Notes: a model not told the origin generated them from the letters alone. Positions 9,984 through 18,813 are shown, counted from the stretch's first letter. The stretch: 64,000 nucleotides of DNA from Aquabacterium sp. (GCF_050725395.1 NZ_JBOHHL010000008.1:22736-86735), one strand, 5' to 3'. A program made the numbers and translations.

Positions 9984-11956
9984 GGTGCGTTTCCGTCGGT
10001 GAGGGTGATGTGGTCGCAAGGCAGGCCTTGCGACCAACGCTCGGCCATGGCCCGCAGCAGGCGGCCGAAGTCTTGCGTGAAGCCGTGGCTGTCGAACAGG
10101 GGCGCGGTTTCGCGCGCCTGGACGAGGTGGTCCCGGATCGACTGGCGCCGGGCCGGGTCGGTGGCCAGTTGCACCACCCGGGTCTCGTAATCGGCCAGGG
10201 TGGTGGTGACGAGGTCGGGCAGCCCGACATCGTTCAGCAGGCTGGCGGCCACGCGCGAGGCAAAGGTCTCGCCAGCATAGGTGATCAAGGGCACGCCTGC
10301 CCACAAGGCATCGCTGGCGGTGGTGTGGGCGTTGCAAGGCCAGGTGTCGATGAAGATGTCAGCCAGTGCAAGGCGGCTCATGTGCTCCTTGGCACCGACA
10401 CGGGGCGCGAAGAACAGACGGCTGGGGTCCACACCCCGGGCTTCGGCTTCGGCGCGCAGTTGCGCGGGCGACTGGTCATTCCACTGCAAGAGCCAAAGCA
10501 CCGAATCAGGCAGTTGGTGCAACAAGCGGCACCAAACATCGAACACGTCCGGTGACAGTTTGAACGGCTGGTTGAAGCCGCACAGCACCAAGGCATCCTG
10601 CGGCAGCCCAATTTCCGCGCGGGCACAAGGCTGTGGCTTGGCGCGTTGGCGGTCATTCGGCTGGTAACAGCGCGGCATCAGGGCCAGCTTCTCGCTGTAG
10701 CTGCTCGCATGATCAATGGGCGACACGACGGCATCGCCAATGAAATAGTCCATGTAGTCGGCCCCGGTCGTGCCGGGGAAGCCCAGGAAGCTCGCCTGCA
10801 CCGGTGCCGCGCGGTACCCGAAGATGCCCAGGCGGCAGGCTCGTGTGTGACCCTTGAGGTCGACCAGCACCTCGATGCCGTCATCGCGCACCATCTGAGC
10901 GACCTGCAGGTCGCTCAAGGCATCAACTTTGACGAACCTGGTGCAGGCGCGCTTGAGCCGCTCGCGCATGGGGCTGCCGTCTTCCGGACCATGCGAATAC
11001 ATGGTGACCTCGAAGCCAGGGTCGGCGTGCAGGTGTTCGAAGACCTCGGCCATCAGGATGGCGGTGGCGTGCTGGTGGAAGTCTGCCGACACGAAGCCCA
11101 CGCGCAAGCGTTCGCCCAGGGTCCGGGGCGTCAAGGGCTCGAACGGCTCGGCCATGCGGGCTTGGAAGCGCGCGCATGAGCGGGCAACACGCAAGTGTTC
11201 TTGTGGATCGTCCGTGACCGTGACATGCGCGAACACGGACGCCCATGCGCTTGAATCGGCTGGTAGTTTGGCGGCCAGTCCGCGCAGAACCTCCAGATCG
11301 GTCCGCGCATGCCGCCAGGAGCAGATCTCGCGCTCGATGAAGGTCAGCAGGCCTTGCGCGGCCAGATCGCCCGGGCCCATGCCCAAGGCCAATGCCGTGC
11401 GAAAGCATTCGATGGCCTCTTGCTTGAGGCCGAGCGCATTGAATGACAAGCCAAGACGGTAGTGGGACAGGACATGACCGATGTCCTGCGCCAGCCCTTC
11501 GAACAAGGCGCTGATGGCCTGCTCATATTGACTTGAATTGAACAGGGACTCGCCCAGGAGCTGATAGTGCCGCGCCGAGCGCGTCACGTGCTGGGGCAAC
11601 TGCTGCATCAGCATGGCGCTTTCAGCGTGGCGGTTCTGCAGGTTCAGGGACTCGCAAGCCATCTCGACCGCGGTGACATTGTCAGGCTCCAGCGCGAGGA
11701 CCTTCATCGCCGTGAGGTGGGCCAGCCTCGGGTCATCGTTCTTCATCTGCGCGCGGGCCAGATTCAAGAGGTACAGGGCATCCTGTGGCTGCCCTTTCAC
11801 GGCCTTGTCGAAGGCGACCTGTGCCTTGGCCCAGTCACCCGACTTGGCGTATTTCACACCCGACTCCCAATTTTGATGGGCGAGCCTCAAGACCTGGGCC
11901 GGATGGCCGTTATGGATCTTGTTCGGAGTTTTGACGGGTTTCTGGTGAATAGCCAT
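9980..11956 (-). CDS. TPR-repeat / SPINDLY-family (O-GlcNAc-transferase-like, GT41-type) glycosyltransferase
   Basis: N-terminal TPR repeats (AKAQVAFDKAVKGQPQDALYLLNLARAQ...). C-terminal OGT-like core (GFVSADFHQHATAILMAEVFE, LGFPGTTGADYMDYFIGD, CGFNQPFKLSPDVFDVWCRLL, DTWPCNAHTTASDALWAGVP). Divergent from fliC. Confidence 0.85.
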   Translation of the reverse strand: MAIHQKPVKTPNKIHNGHPAQVLRLAHQNWESGVKYAKSGDWAKAQVAFDKAVKGQPQDALYLLNLARAQMKNDDPRLAHLTAMKVLALEPDNVTAVEMACESLNLQNRHAESAMLMQQLPQHVTRSARHYQLLGESLFNSSQYEQAISALFEGLAQDIGHVLSHYRLGLSFNALGLKQEAIECFRTALALGMGPGDLAAQGLLTFIEREICSWRHARTDLEVLRGLAAKLPADSSAWASVFAHVTVTDDPQEHLRVARSCARFQARMAEPFEPLTPRTLGERLRVGFVSADFHQHATAILMAEVFEHLHADPGFEVTMYSHGPEDGSPMRERLKRACTRFVKVDALSDLQVAQMVRDDGIEVLVDLKGHTRACRLGIFGYRAAPVQASFLGFPGTTGADYMDYFIGDAVVSPIDHASSYSEKLALMPRCYQPNDRQRAKPQPCARAEIGLPQDALVLCGFNQPFKLSPDVFDVWCRLLHQLPDSVLWLLQWNDQSPAQLRAEAEARGVDPSRLFFAPRVGAKEHMSRLALADIFIDTWPCNAHTTASDALWAGVPLITYAGETFASRVAASLLNDVGLPDLVTTTLADYETRVVQLATDPARRQSIRDHLVQARETAPLFDSHGFTQDFGRLLRAMAERWSQGLPCDHITLTDGNAP

Positions 11957-12063
11957 GAGGCCGCAGTCTAGAAAGAAGCCTGGAAACCAGCACCCGAAGT
12001 AGGCAGCCGCAAGGCGCTCATTTCACCGGATCTAAAAGTTCCTAGACCCTTTCAAAAAAAAAC

Positions 12064-12091
12064 TCAAGTCCCCGCCAGCACGATCCGATAA
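12064..12091 (+). promoter_or_regulatory. Sigma-28 (FliA)-like promoter upstream of fliC-1
   Basis: TCAAGTCC-N12-TCCGATAA, compared with the consensus TAAAGTTT-N11-GCCGATAA. The same architecture recurs at 14230 and 18744. It implies a ~190-nt leader. Confidence 0.5.
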
Positions 12092-12282
12092 CAAATTCAA
12101 CGGCCTTCAGATCATCCAGTAAGTAGGCACGTGGTCCGGTTAGCCGGCCGATGGTTCAGGTGGCCAAGCCACTCGGGCAATGCGGTTGACTAGCGTCGGG
12201 CAGGCGAGCTGCAGCAGCTGTATCGCTGCACCAATCTTGTTAGGCGCTTTTCCGCCAGCTTTTTTCACCTTAGGAGTACACC

Positions 12283-13131
12283 ATGGCTTCCATCATCAAC
12301 ACCAATCTGAACTCGCTGAACGCTCAGCGCAACACTTCTTCTTCGCAAATGTCGCTGGCCACGTCCATGCAACGTTTGTCTTCCGGTCTGCGCGTCAACT
12401 CTGCCAAGGACGACGCCGCCGGTCTGGCCATCGCCGAACGCATGTCTGCCCAAGTCAAGGGCATGAACGTCGCGGTGCGCAACGCCAACGACGGCATCTC
12501 CCTGGCTCAAACCGCTGAAGGCGCGCTGGGCAAGGTCGGTGAATCGCTGCAACGCATGCGTGAACTGGCCGTCCAAGCCCGTAACGCCACCAACAGCGAC
12601 GGCGACAAGGATTCGCTGGACAAGGAATACCAACAACTGTCGAAGGAAATCCAGCGCGTTCTGGGTGGCACGACCTTCAACGGCAAGGCCATCATCGGCA
12701 GCGACGCCGACAACCTGACCTTCCAAGTCGGCGCCAACACGACCGAAAACGACGTCATCGAAGTTTCGACCACCAACATGGCGGCCGATGCCAGCATCAT
12801 CGCCGTGACCACCGACACGACCAACATCATCGACAGCACGACCACGGTCGATGACCTGGCCACCGTGATTGACAACATCGACGATGCCATCGACCGCGTC
12901 AACACCGAGCGCGCTGTGTTCGGTGCCACGCAAAACCGCTTCGATTCGGTGATCTCGAACCTGCAAGTCTCGGTCGAGAACCAGACCGCCGCCAAGAGCC
13001 GCATCATGGACGCCGACTTCGCCACGGAAACGGCCAACCTGTCCCGTGCCCAGATCCTGCAACAGGCTGGCAACGCGATGATCGCCCAGGCCAACCAGTT
13101 GCCCCAGCAAGTGCTGTCGCTGCTGCGCTGA
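12283..13131 (+). CDS. fliC: Flagellin (short, 282 aa)
   Basis: [17 protein letters not shown]...[23 protein letters not shown] at the N-terminus and ...[29 protein letters not shown] at the C-terminus. RBS TAGGAG sits 7 nt upstream. Confidence 0.96.
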   Translation: MASIINTNLNSLNAQRNTSSSQMSLATSMQRLSSGLRVNSAKDDAAGLAIAERMSAQVKGMNVAVRNANDGISLAQTAEGALGKVGESLQRMRELAVQARNATNSDGDKDSLDKEYQQLSKEIQRVLGGTTFNGKAIIGSDADNLTFQVGANTTENDVIEVSTTNMAADASIIAVTTDTTNIIDSTTTVDDLATVIDNIDDAIDRVNTERAVFGATQNRFDSVISNLQVSVENQTAAKSRIMDADFATETANLSRAQILQQAGNAMIAQANQLPQQVLSLLR

Positions 13132-13173
13132 TCCAGGTCGCAAAAGAGGGGCTTCGCCCCTGCGTTCCACAGG

Positions 13174-13200
13174 AGCCACCTTCGGGTGGCTTTTTCTTTT
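13174..13200 (+). terminator. Rho-independent terminator after fliC-1
   Basis: AGCCACC-TTCG-GGTGGCT stem-loop followed by TTTTTCTTTT. It is preceded by a second small hairpin, GGGGC-TTC-GCCCC (13148-13160). Confidence 0.75.
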
Positions 13201-13360
13201 GATTTGAGCCCTTTTTCCTCCTCACATCCTTCGATTGGCCGCTTCAACTCTCCAGAACAATCGGGGCTACAGGTCAAAGCTTTTCAAACAGCATCTTTGG
13301 CCAGCTTTCTAGCAGGCCGGCGTGCGCGCCGGGAGTCACAGGATTTCTCAGGAGTGCCCC

Positions 13361-14218
13361 ATGGCCCAGACGATCAACACCAATCTGAATTCGCTGAACG
13401 CCCAGCGGAATCTGAACATGTCGCAGACCTCGCTGTCTGTGTCGATGCAGCGTTTGTCTTCGGGCTTGCGCGTCAACTCCGCCAAGGACGATGCCGCCGG
13501 CTTGGCCATCGCCGAGCGAATGAACTCGCAAATTAAGGGCATGAATGTCGCAGCGCGAAATGCCAATGACGGTATTTCCCTGGCGCAGACGGCTGAAGGT
13601 GCCTTGGGCAAGATCAGTGACGCCCTGCAGCGCATGCGGGAACTGACCGTTCAGGCGCGCAACGCCTCGAACAGCGACAGCGATCGCGACTCGCTGAACA
13701 AGGAATTCCAGCAACTGTCCGCAGAAATCGTCCGTGTGTCCGCCGGCACCACCTTCAACGGCAAGCCCATCCTGGCCACCGATGCCGCGCAAGACTTCCA
13801 GATCGGGGCCAACACCACGGCCAACGACATCATCACCATCAGCACCACCGACATGACGGCCGATGCGAGCATCGTGGCCGTCACTGGGGGCGTCGGGGGC
13901 ACTCCGGTCGTGATCGACAGCACGTCCACCACCACCACGCTGGGCGACGTGATCAACGCGATCGACGGCGCCCTGGACCGCATCAACAGCGAACGCGCTG
14001 TCTACGGTGCCACGCAAAGCCGTTTCGACGCGATCATCTCGAACCTGCAGGTGTCCGCCGAGAACCAGACCGCCGCCCGCAGCCGCATCATGGACGCCGA
14101 CTTTGCCGCAGAAACCGCCGCCATGTCACGCGCCCAGATCCTGCAACAGGCCGGCAATGCCATGGTCGCGCAGGCCAATGCCCTGCCCCAGCAGGTGCTC
14201 AAGCTGCTGCAAGGCTGA
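13361..14218 (+). CDS. fliC: Flagellin paralogue (285 aa)
   Basis: Start at ATG 13361 ([17 protein letters not shown]...) with RBS CAGGAG. Roughly three quarters identical to fliC-1 by eye. Conserved N- and C-terminal D0/D1 segments. Confidence 0.95.
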   Translation: MAQTINTNLNSLNAQRNLNMSQTSLSVSMQRLSSGLRVNSAKDDAAGLAIAERMNSQIKGMNVAARNANDGISLAQTAEGALGKISDALQRMRELTVQARNASNSDSDRDSLNKEFQQLSAEIVRVSAGTTFNGKPILATDAAQDFQIGANTTANDIITISTTDMTADASIVAVTGGVGGTPVVIDSTSTTTTLGDVINAIDGALDRINSERAVYGATQSRFDAIISNLQVSAENQTAARSRIMDADFAAETAAMSRAQILQQAGNAMVAQANALPQQVLKLLQG

Positions 14219-14229
14219 TGCCTGAGGGC

Positions 14230-14257
14230 TCAAGTTCGCGGCAGCTGGTGCCGATAC
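14230..14257 (+). promoter_or_regulatory. Sigma-28 (FliA)-like promoter upstream of fliD
   Basis: TCAAGTTC-N12-GCCGATAC, about 60 nt upstream of the fliD ATG. Confidence 0.6.
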
Positions 14258-14318
14258 ACCTGTGTCGAGCCACGTCGTGTGACTGGTTGAGACGTTTCGT
14301 GGGCTGAAGGAGCAACAC

Positions 14319-15788
14319 ATGGCAACCACCAGTAGCATCAGTTCCCTTGGCATCGGCAGCGGCCTGCAGGCCAACGAAATCGTGAGCAAACTGGTCGCGC
14401 TGGAAAGCCAGCCGATCGTCAACCTGCAAACCGCCTCCGACAAACTGCAAACCAAGATCTCGGCTTATGGCCAGATCCAGTCCGCCGTGTCCAGCGTGCG
14501 CGACGCCGCGCGAAAGCTGACGTCGTCCGAACTGTGGGGCAGCACGGCCGCCGCCTCTGCCGACGCCACCGCCGTGAACGCCACCACCGCTGCAGGCGCC
14601 CAGGTGGGCACCTATGCCGTGGACGTGACCGCGCTGGCCAAACCGCAATCCACCGTCACCAAGACCTCGCTGGCCTCTGCCACGAGCACCCTCGGTGAAG
14701 GCACCCTCACCCTTGAGCTGGGCACCTGGGGCGCCGGCAACAGCTTCACCGGGAAGTCAGGGGCCACGCCGGTCACCATCAATGTCGCCGCCACGGACAC
14801 CCTGGCCAATATCCGCGACAAGATCAACAGCAGCAATTCAGGCGTCAAGGCTTCGATCATCACCGACTCGTCGGGCGCGCGCCTGGTCATGCAATCGGCC
14901 ACCACGGGCGAGGCGAATGGCTTCCGCATCACGGCGGCCGACAACGATGGCGACAACGCGAACGACGCCGGTCTGTCGGCCCTGGCCTACGATCCCGCGA
15001 ACACGACCGCTGGCACGAACCTGAGCCAGCCTGCGTCGGATGCGATGGCCACGATCAACAACGTGCCCGTCAAGTCGGCCACGAACACGCTGAGCGAAGT
15101 GGTCTCGGGCCTGACGATCACCTTGAGCAAGGTGACGAGCAACCCGCCCACCATCACCACCGGCCCGATCAACATCACGGTCAGCCAGGACACTGCGGCC
15201 ATCACCAAGGCCATCACGGATTTCGCCACCGCGTATTCGTCCATGGCCAGCCTGGTGAAATCGAACACCAAGTACGACGAGGCCACCAAGAGTGCCGGCA
15301 CCCTGCAGGGCGACAGCGGAGCCTTGAGCGTGCAGAACCAGTTCCGTTCCATCCTGGGCAGCAGCTCGGACGCCTCCGGAACTTTCAAGACCCTGTCGTC
15401 GGTAGGTCTGGAAATCCAAACCGATGGCACGGTCAAGGTCAATAGCACCAAGCTGACCAGCGCCTTGGGCAACCTGACCGAGGTCAAGAAAATGTTCATG
15501 AACTCGGACTCGGTCGATTCGACCAAGGACGGCATCATGACCCGCTTGCGGGTGCTGAGCGACAACCTGTTGGGCAGCGAAGGCATCATCACCTCGCGAA
15601 CCAGCGGCCTGCGCCAGTCGATCACCGACAACAGTGCCCGGCAAGAAAGCTTGCAGAACCGTGTCGACCTGTACGAGAAGCGACTGAAGGCCCAGTACAC
15701 CGCACTTGACACGATCATGGCGGGGCTGTCCAGCCAAGGCAACTACGTGTCGCAGATGATCAACTCGCTTAACAGCAGCAGCAGTTAA
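14319..15788 (+). CDS. fliD: Flagellar filament cap protein (hook-associated protein 2)
   Basis: N-terminus ISSLGIGSGLQANEIVSKLVALESQPIVNLQ...KISAYGQIQSAVS, central FliD region, and C-terminal ...RVDLYEKRLKAQYTALDTIMAGL. Confidence 0.93.
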   Translation: MATTSSISSLGIGSGLQANEIVSKLVALESQPIVNLQTASDKLQTKISAYGQIQSAVSSVRDAARKLTSSELWGSTAAASADATAVNATTAAGAQVGTYAVDVTALAKPQSTVTKTSLASATSTLGEGTLTLELGTWGAGNSFTGKSGATPVTINVAATDTLANIRDKINSSNSGVKASIITDSSGARLVMQSATTGEANGFRITAADNDGDNANDAGLSALAYDPANTTAGTNLSQPASDAMATINNVPVKSATNTLSEVVSGLTITLSKVTSNPPTITTGPINITVSQDTAAITKAITDFATAYSSMASLVKSNTKYDEATKSAGTLQGDSGALSVQNQFRSILGSSSDASGTFKTLSSVGLEIQTDGTVKVNSTKLTSALGNLTEVKKMFMNSDSVDSTKDGIMTRLRVLSDNLLGSEGIITSRTSGLRQSITDNSARQESLQNRVDLYEKRLKAQYTALDTIMAGLSSQGNYVSQMINSLNSSSS

Positions 15789-15831
15789 CAATAATGTAGA
15801 TTTCCTCTCATTAAAATCAAGGAGTTGCAGC

Positions 15832-17310
15832 ATGTCAGAAAAAAAAGAAAGTTCCCAAGCCATGGGACAATCAAGAGCGAGTTTTTGGGCTTCCAGCTTA
15901 ATATTAATGGCATTGATCTTAAATACCTCGACTGTCAATGCTGCAATGCCGGTCAGCATAACTTCGGGCGACAATTACAATTGTGCATTGACGACTGCGG
16001 GTGGCGTTAAATGCTGGGGCATTAACACCTACGGCCAGTTGGGAAATGGCAATACGATAGCGTCAAGCACGCCAGTCGATGTGATTGGCCTCACGAGCGG
16101 AGCTAGTTTTATCAAAGCAGGTGCTTATCACGCTTGCGCCATTTTGGCGTCTAATGGATCAGTTAAATGTTGGGGCCGCAACCACCTTGGTCAACTGGGT
16201 AATGGGACCAAAGATACTGCCAACCCCGTCACAACGCCAGTGACAGTCAGTAACTTGACCGGGGCGGTGTCCTTGGCCATCGGCGCATACCACACCTGTG
16301 CCATGCTATCGACTGGCAGTGCCAAATGCTGGGGTGATAACGCCAACTCCAAGTTTGGAAATGGCAACACAATTTCCTCACTGATCCCTGTTGATGTTCC
16401 CGGTTTGAGTGGGGTGGCGGGTATTACTGCGGGGCATTCTCACACTTGCATTTGGACAACGGGACAATCCGGCAAGTGCTGGGGCTATAATGCCAACGGC
16501 CAACTTGGCACAGGGGATCTTGCCAGTGCAAGCACAAAAACCGATGTGGTTAACCTGAGCAATGTTGTTTCCATGTCAGCCGGACAATATCACACTTGCG
16601 CACTCACGACAGTTGGCGAAGTGAAATGCTGGGGATTAAATACCAACGGCCAAGTAGGCATTGTTGGTGGGGTGAATGGAAATGTTGTCTCGCCAACCAC
16701 CGTCACTGGTTTAGCAAACGGTGTAGTTGCATTGGCACCTATGGCAAATATAGGCAATAGCAGTTGTGCCGTACTCTCCAATGGTGAGGCGAAATGCTGG
16801 GGATTAAATAATAATAAGCAGTTAGGACTTGGCACCTCCGACAACGCAAGTAAGTTCGCACCAGTTAGCGTTGCGGGCTTGCCAGGCGCAGTAAGTTCAA
16901 TTTCAATAGGAACAGCCAGTGCATGCGCTTTGGTCCAAGCAGGCGTTCAATGCTGGGGGGCAAATGGGGGGCAGCTAGGAAATGGCTCAACAGCATCTAT
17001 CCAGATCCCTGTGGCAGTTGTCGGATTGTTTGGAAGCGCGCCTCCGACAACGCCTGAACCTATCAGCCCGATCACTTCACAAACGCCAACCTATGTCTGG
17101 AAAGCAATTCCCGGCGCTAGCGACTATCGAATCAATGTCAATGGAAGCATTGCAAGTTATAGCGCTGCGCAATCAGGTTGCGAGGGTGGAGTTGGTCTAT
17201 GCCGGATTGTGGGTATGCCACTGACCGCAGGCGTCTACACCTGGTACGTTCAAGGTTACAACAGCTATGGCAACGGTCCATGGAGCAGCGGCACAAATTT
17301 CGGACTGTAA
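15832..17310 (+). CDS. Secreted RCC1-repeat (seven-bladed beta-propeller) protein with an Ig/FN3-like C-terminal domain; low-GC gene
   Basis: Signal peptide (ASFWASSLILMALILNTSTVNA). Seven repeats of the type [VA]KCWG.N..GQLG.G...(Y)HTCA. The gene is visibly AT-richer (about 42-50% GC in sampled lines) than its ~65% GC flanks. Confidence 0.85.
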   Translation: MSEKKESSQAMGQSRASFWASSLILMALILNTSTVNAAMPVSITSGDNYNCALTTAGGVKCWGINTYGQLGNGNTIASSTPVDVIGLTSGASFIKAGAYHACAILASNGSVKCWGRNHLGQLGNGTKDTANPVTTPVTVSNLTGAVSLAIGAYHTCAMLSTGSAKCWGDNANSKFGNGNTISSLIPVDVPGLSGVAGITAGHSHTCIWTTGQSGKCWGYNANGQLGTGDLASASTKTDVVNLSNVVSMSAGQYHTCALTTVGEVKCWGLNTNGQVGIVGGVNGNVVSPTTVTGLANGVVALAPMANIGNSSCAVLSNGEAKCWGLNNNKQLGLGTSDNASKFAPVSVAGLPGAVSSISIGTASACALVQAGVQCWGANGGQLGNGSTASIQIPVAVVGLFGSAPPTTPEPISPITSQTPTYVWKAIPGASDYRINVNGSIASYSAAQSGCEGGVGLCRIVGMPLTAGVYTWYVQGYNSYGNGPWSSGTNFGL

Positions 17311-17337
17311 GTATTGGCTTTAGCCTGCTGAAGTAAC

Positions 17338-17365
17338 AAATCCTGCCCTGCCTCCGGCAGGATTT
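17338..17365 (+). other. 10-bp-stem hairpin downstream of the RCC1 gene
   Basis: AAATCCTGCC-(8 nt)-GGCAGGATTT. No U-tract on the + strand, so its role as a terminator is uncertain. Confidence 0.4.
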
Positions 17366-17387
17366 CACACATCCTTCCCTATCCCCC

Positions 17388-17414
17388 TAAAGACCTCGCC
17401 GTAGGTGCCGAAAC
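17388..17414 (+). promoter_or_regulatory. Possible sigma-28-like promoter for the fliD-like gene
   Basis: TAAAGACC-N11-GCCGAAAC fits the consensus spacing. However, its -10 overlaps the stem of the terminator hairpin at 17411, so only one of the two is likely functional. Confidence 0.3.
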
Positions 17415-17434
17415 CCATGTTGAATGGGTTTTTT
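17411..17434 (+). terminator. Rho-independent terminator after the RCC1 gene
   Basis: AAACCCAT-GTTGA-ATGGGTTT followed by TTTG. Confidence 0.6.
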
Positions 17435-17467
17435 GTGCAATTCTTGAGCAGTATCGGGGGCAATATC

Positions 17468-18676
17468 ATGGCTTCAATCTCCATCGCGGGGACGGGCAGT
17501 GGCATTGATGTCAATTTGTTCGTCACACAGCAACAACTGACGGTTGAAAAATCATCGGCTGAGCCAACACGGACGACAACGGCGACCCCAAGCGAGACTG
17601 TTCAGCCCAACCTGTCGCCCCTCGGCAAGCTGCAAGGCGCCGAGTCCAGTTACGCGGGAGCGGCCCAGAAGCTGGCCGAAGACATGAGCTGGGCCAACGT
17701 CCTGGCCCAATCCAGCCAGCCCTTGGCCGTGTCGGCCTCCAGCGATGGCACCGCCGTGGCCGGCGACTACAGCGTCGAAGTCAGCTCGCTGGCCTCCGCC
17801 CAAAGCACCTCCTCAGCCTCGTTTTCCGGCTTCGGCACCGTCATCGGACTGGGGACCCTGCACATCGAACTGGGCGGCTTGAACAGCTCGCAAACGGCTT
17901 TTTCCACCAACCCGAATTGGCCCAAGGCGGACGTGCGCGTCGGTCCGCACGACAATTCGCTGGAACGGATCCGGGACAAGATCAACGCCGCTGGCGTGGG
18001 GGTCGTGGCCTCCGTCATCAGTGACGCCACGGGCACGCGGCTGGTGTTGCGTTCGACCTCCACCGGCGCCGACAACGGCTTCAAGGTGTCGGCCTCCGGC
18101 GAGGGTGGCAAGCCACCCAGCCCCGACCTGGCCGCCCTGGGTTTCGACCCCGCCATGGCCCAGCAACAGCAAAGCACCCAGCAAACCCAAGCGGCGAGCG
18201 ACGCCAAGGCCAAGATCGATGGCGTGGAGGTGGCATCGTCCACCAACACCGTGGCCGATGCCGTGCAAGGTGTGAGCTTCAAACTGGGCAAGGTCACCGA
18301 CGGGCCGGTCAAGGTGTCGGTGGGCATCGACCAGGACATGCTGAAAAAGTCGATCACCGAGTTCACCAAGTCTTACAACGAACTGAATGCCCTGGGTCAG
18401 CCGCCCTTGGCACCCACACAGCGCCTGGCCGAGATCGGCATCGCCCAGGACGCCAGTGGCGCCTTGCAGATCGACGACGCCCGGCTGGACAAGGCGCTGC
18501 GCAACCAGACCGAAAAGGTCAAGGACGTGTTCGCTGAAGCGCGGGACCTGGCCTCCACCGCCAAGGCCCAGGAGACCCCGCCCGCGCACGGCACGGACCA
18601 GCCTGCGGCCTCCTATGCCCAGAAGCTGCTGGACCAGTACAAATCGCTGGAATCCAGCGAGGTGGCCGCGCACTGA
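17468..18676 (+). CDS. Divergent FliD-like filament-cap paralogue
   Basis: Start at ATG 17468 (MASISIAGTGSGIDVN...). FliD-type central and C-terminal blocks: GDYSVEVSSLASAQ, IRDKINAAGVGVVASVISDATGTRLVLRSTSTGADNGF, AKIDGVEVASSTNTVADAVQGVSFKL, GIAQDASGALQIDDARLDKAL. The N-terminal coiled-coil region is poorly conserved. Confidence 0.72.
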   Translation: MASISIAGTGSGIDVNLFVTQQQLTVEKSSAEPTRTTTATPSETVQPNLSPLGKLQGAESSYAGAAQKLAEDMSWANVLAQSSQPLAVSASSDGTAVAGDYSVEVSSLASAQSTSSASFSGFGTVIGLGTLHIELGGLNSSQTAFSTNPNWPKADVRVGPHDNSLERIRDKINAAGVGVVASVISDATGTRLVLRSTSTGADNGFKVSASGEGGKPPSPDLAALGFDPAMAQQQQSTQQTQAASDAKAKIDGVEVASSTNTVADAVQGVSFKLGKVTDGPVKVSVGIDQDMLKKSITEFTKSYNELNALGQPPLAPTQRLAEIGIAQDASGALQIDDARLDKALRNQTEKVKDVFAEARDLASTAKAQETPPAHGTDQPAASYAQKLLDQYKSLESSEVAAH

Positions 18677-18743
18677 TTTTTTCGCGTGGGGAAACAGCGG
18701 CCAAAACGCCCCCATTTCGCGCATTCAGGATGGCGTTTCAGGT

Positions 18744-18771
18744 TCAAGCTGATCAGGGATGTGTCGATAAA
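18744..18771 (+). promoter_or_regulatory. Sigma-28 (FliA)-like promoter upstream of fliS
   Basis: TCAAGCTG-N12-TCGATAAA, the same layout as at 12064 and 14230. Confidence 0.5.
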
Positions 18772-18813
18772 TAGCTCAACGCTGATCGCAGCATCTTCCG
18801 AGAGTCATTTCAG

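Noticed and set aside
12092-12282. The long (~190 nt) fliC-1 leader as a riboswitch or CsrA-type regulatory RNA.
   Set aside because: I see no conserved riboswitch core and no convincing repeated GGA-in-loop motifs by eye. The leader length also depends on an unverified promoter call.
13298-13314. Sigma-54-like TGGCC-N..-TAGCA element upstream of fliC-2.
   Set aside because: The GG-to-GC spacing is one base longer than the strict -24/-12 spacing, and the -12 region (CTAGCA) is a poor match to TTGCA/T. I consider this insufficient to call.
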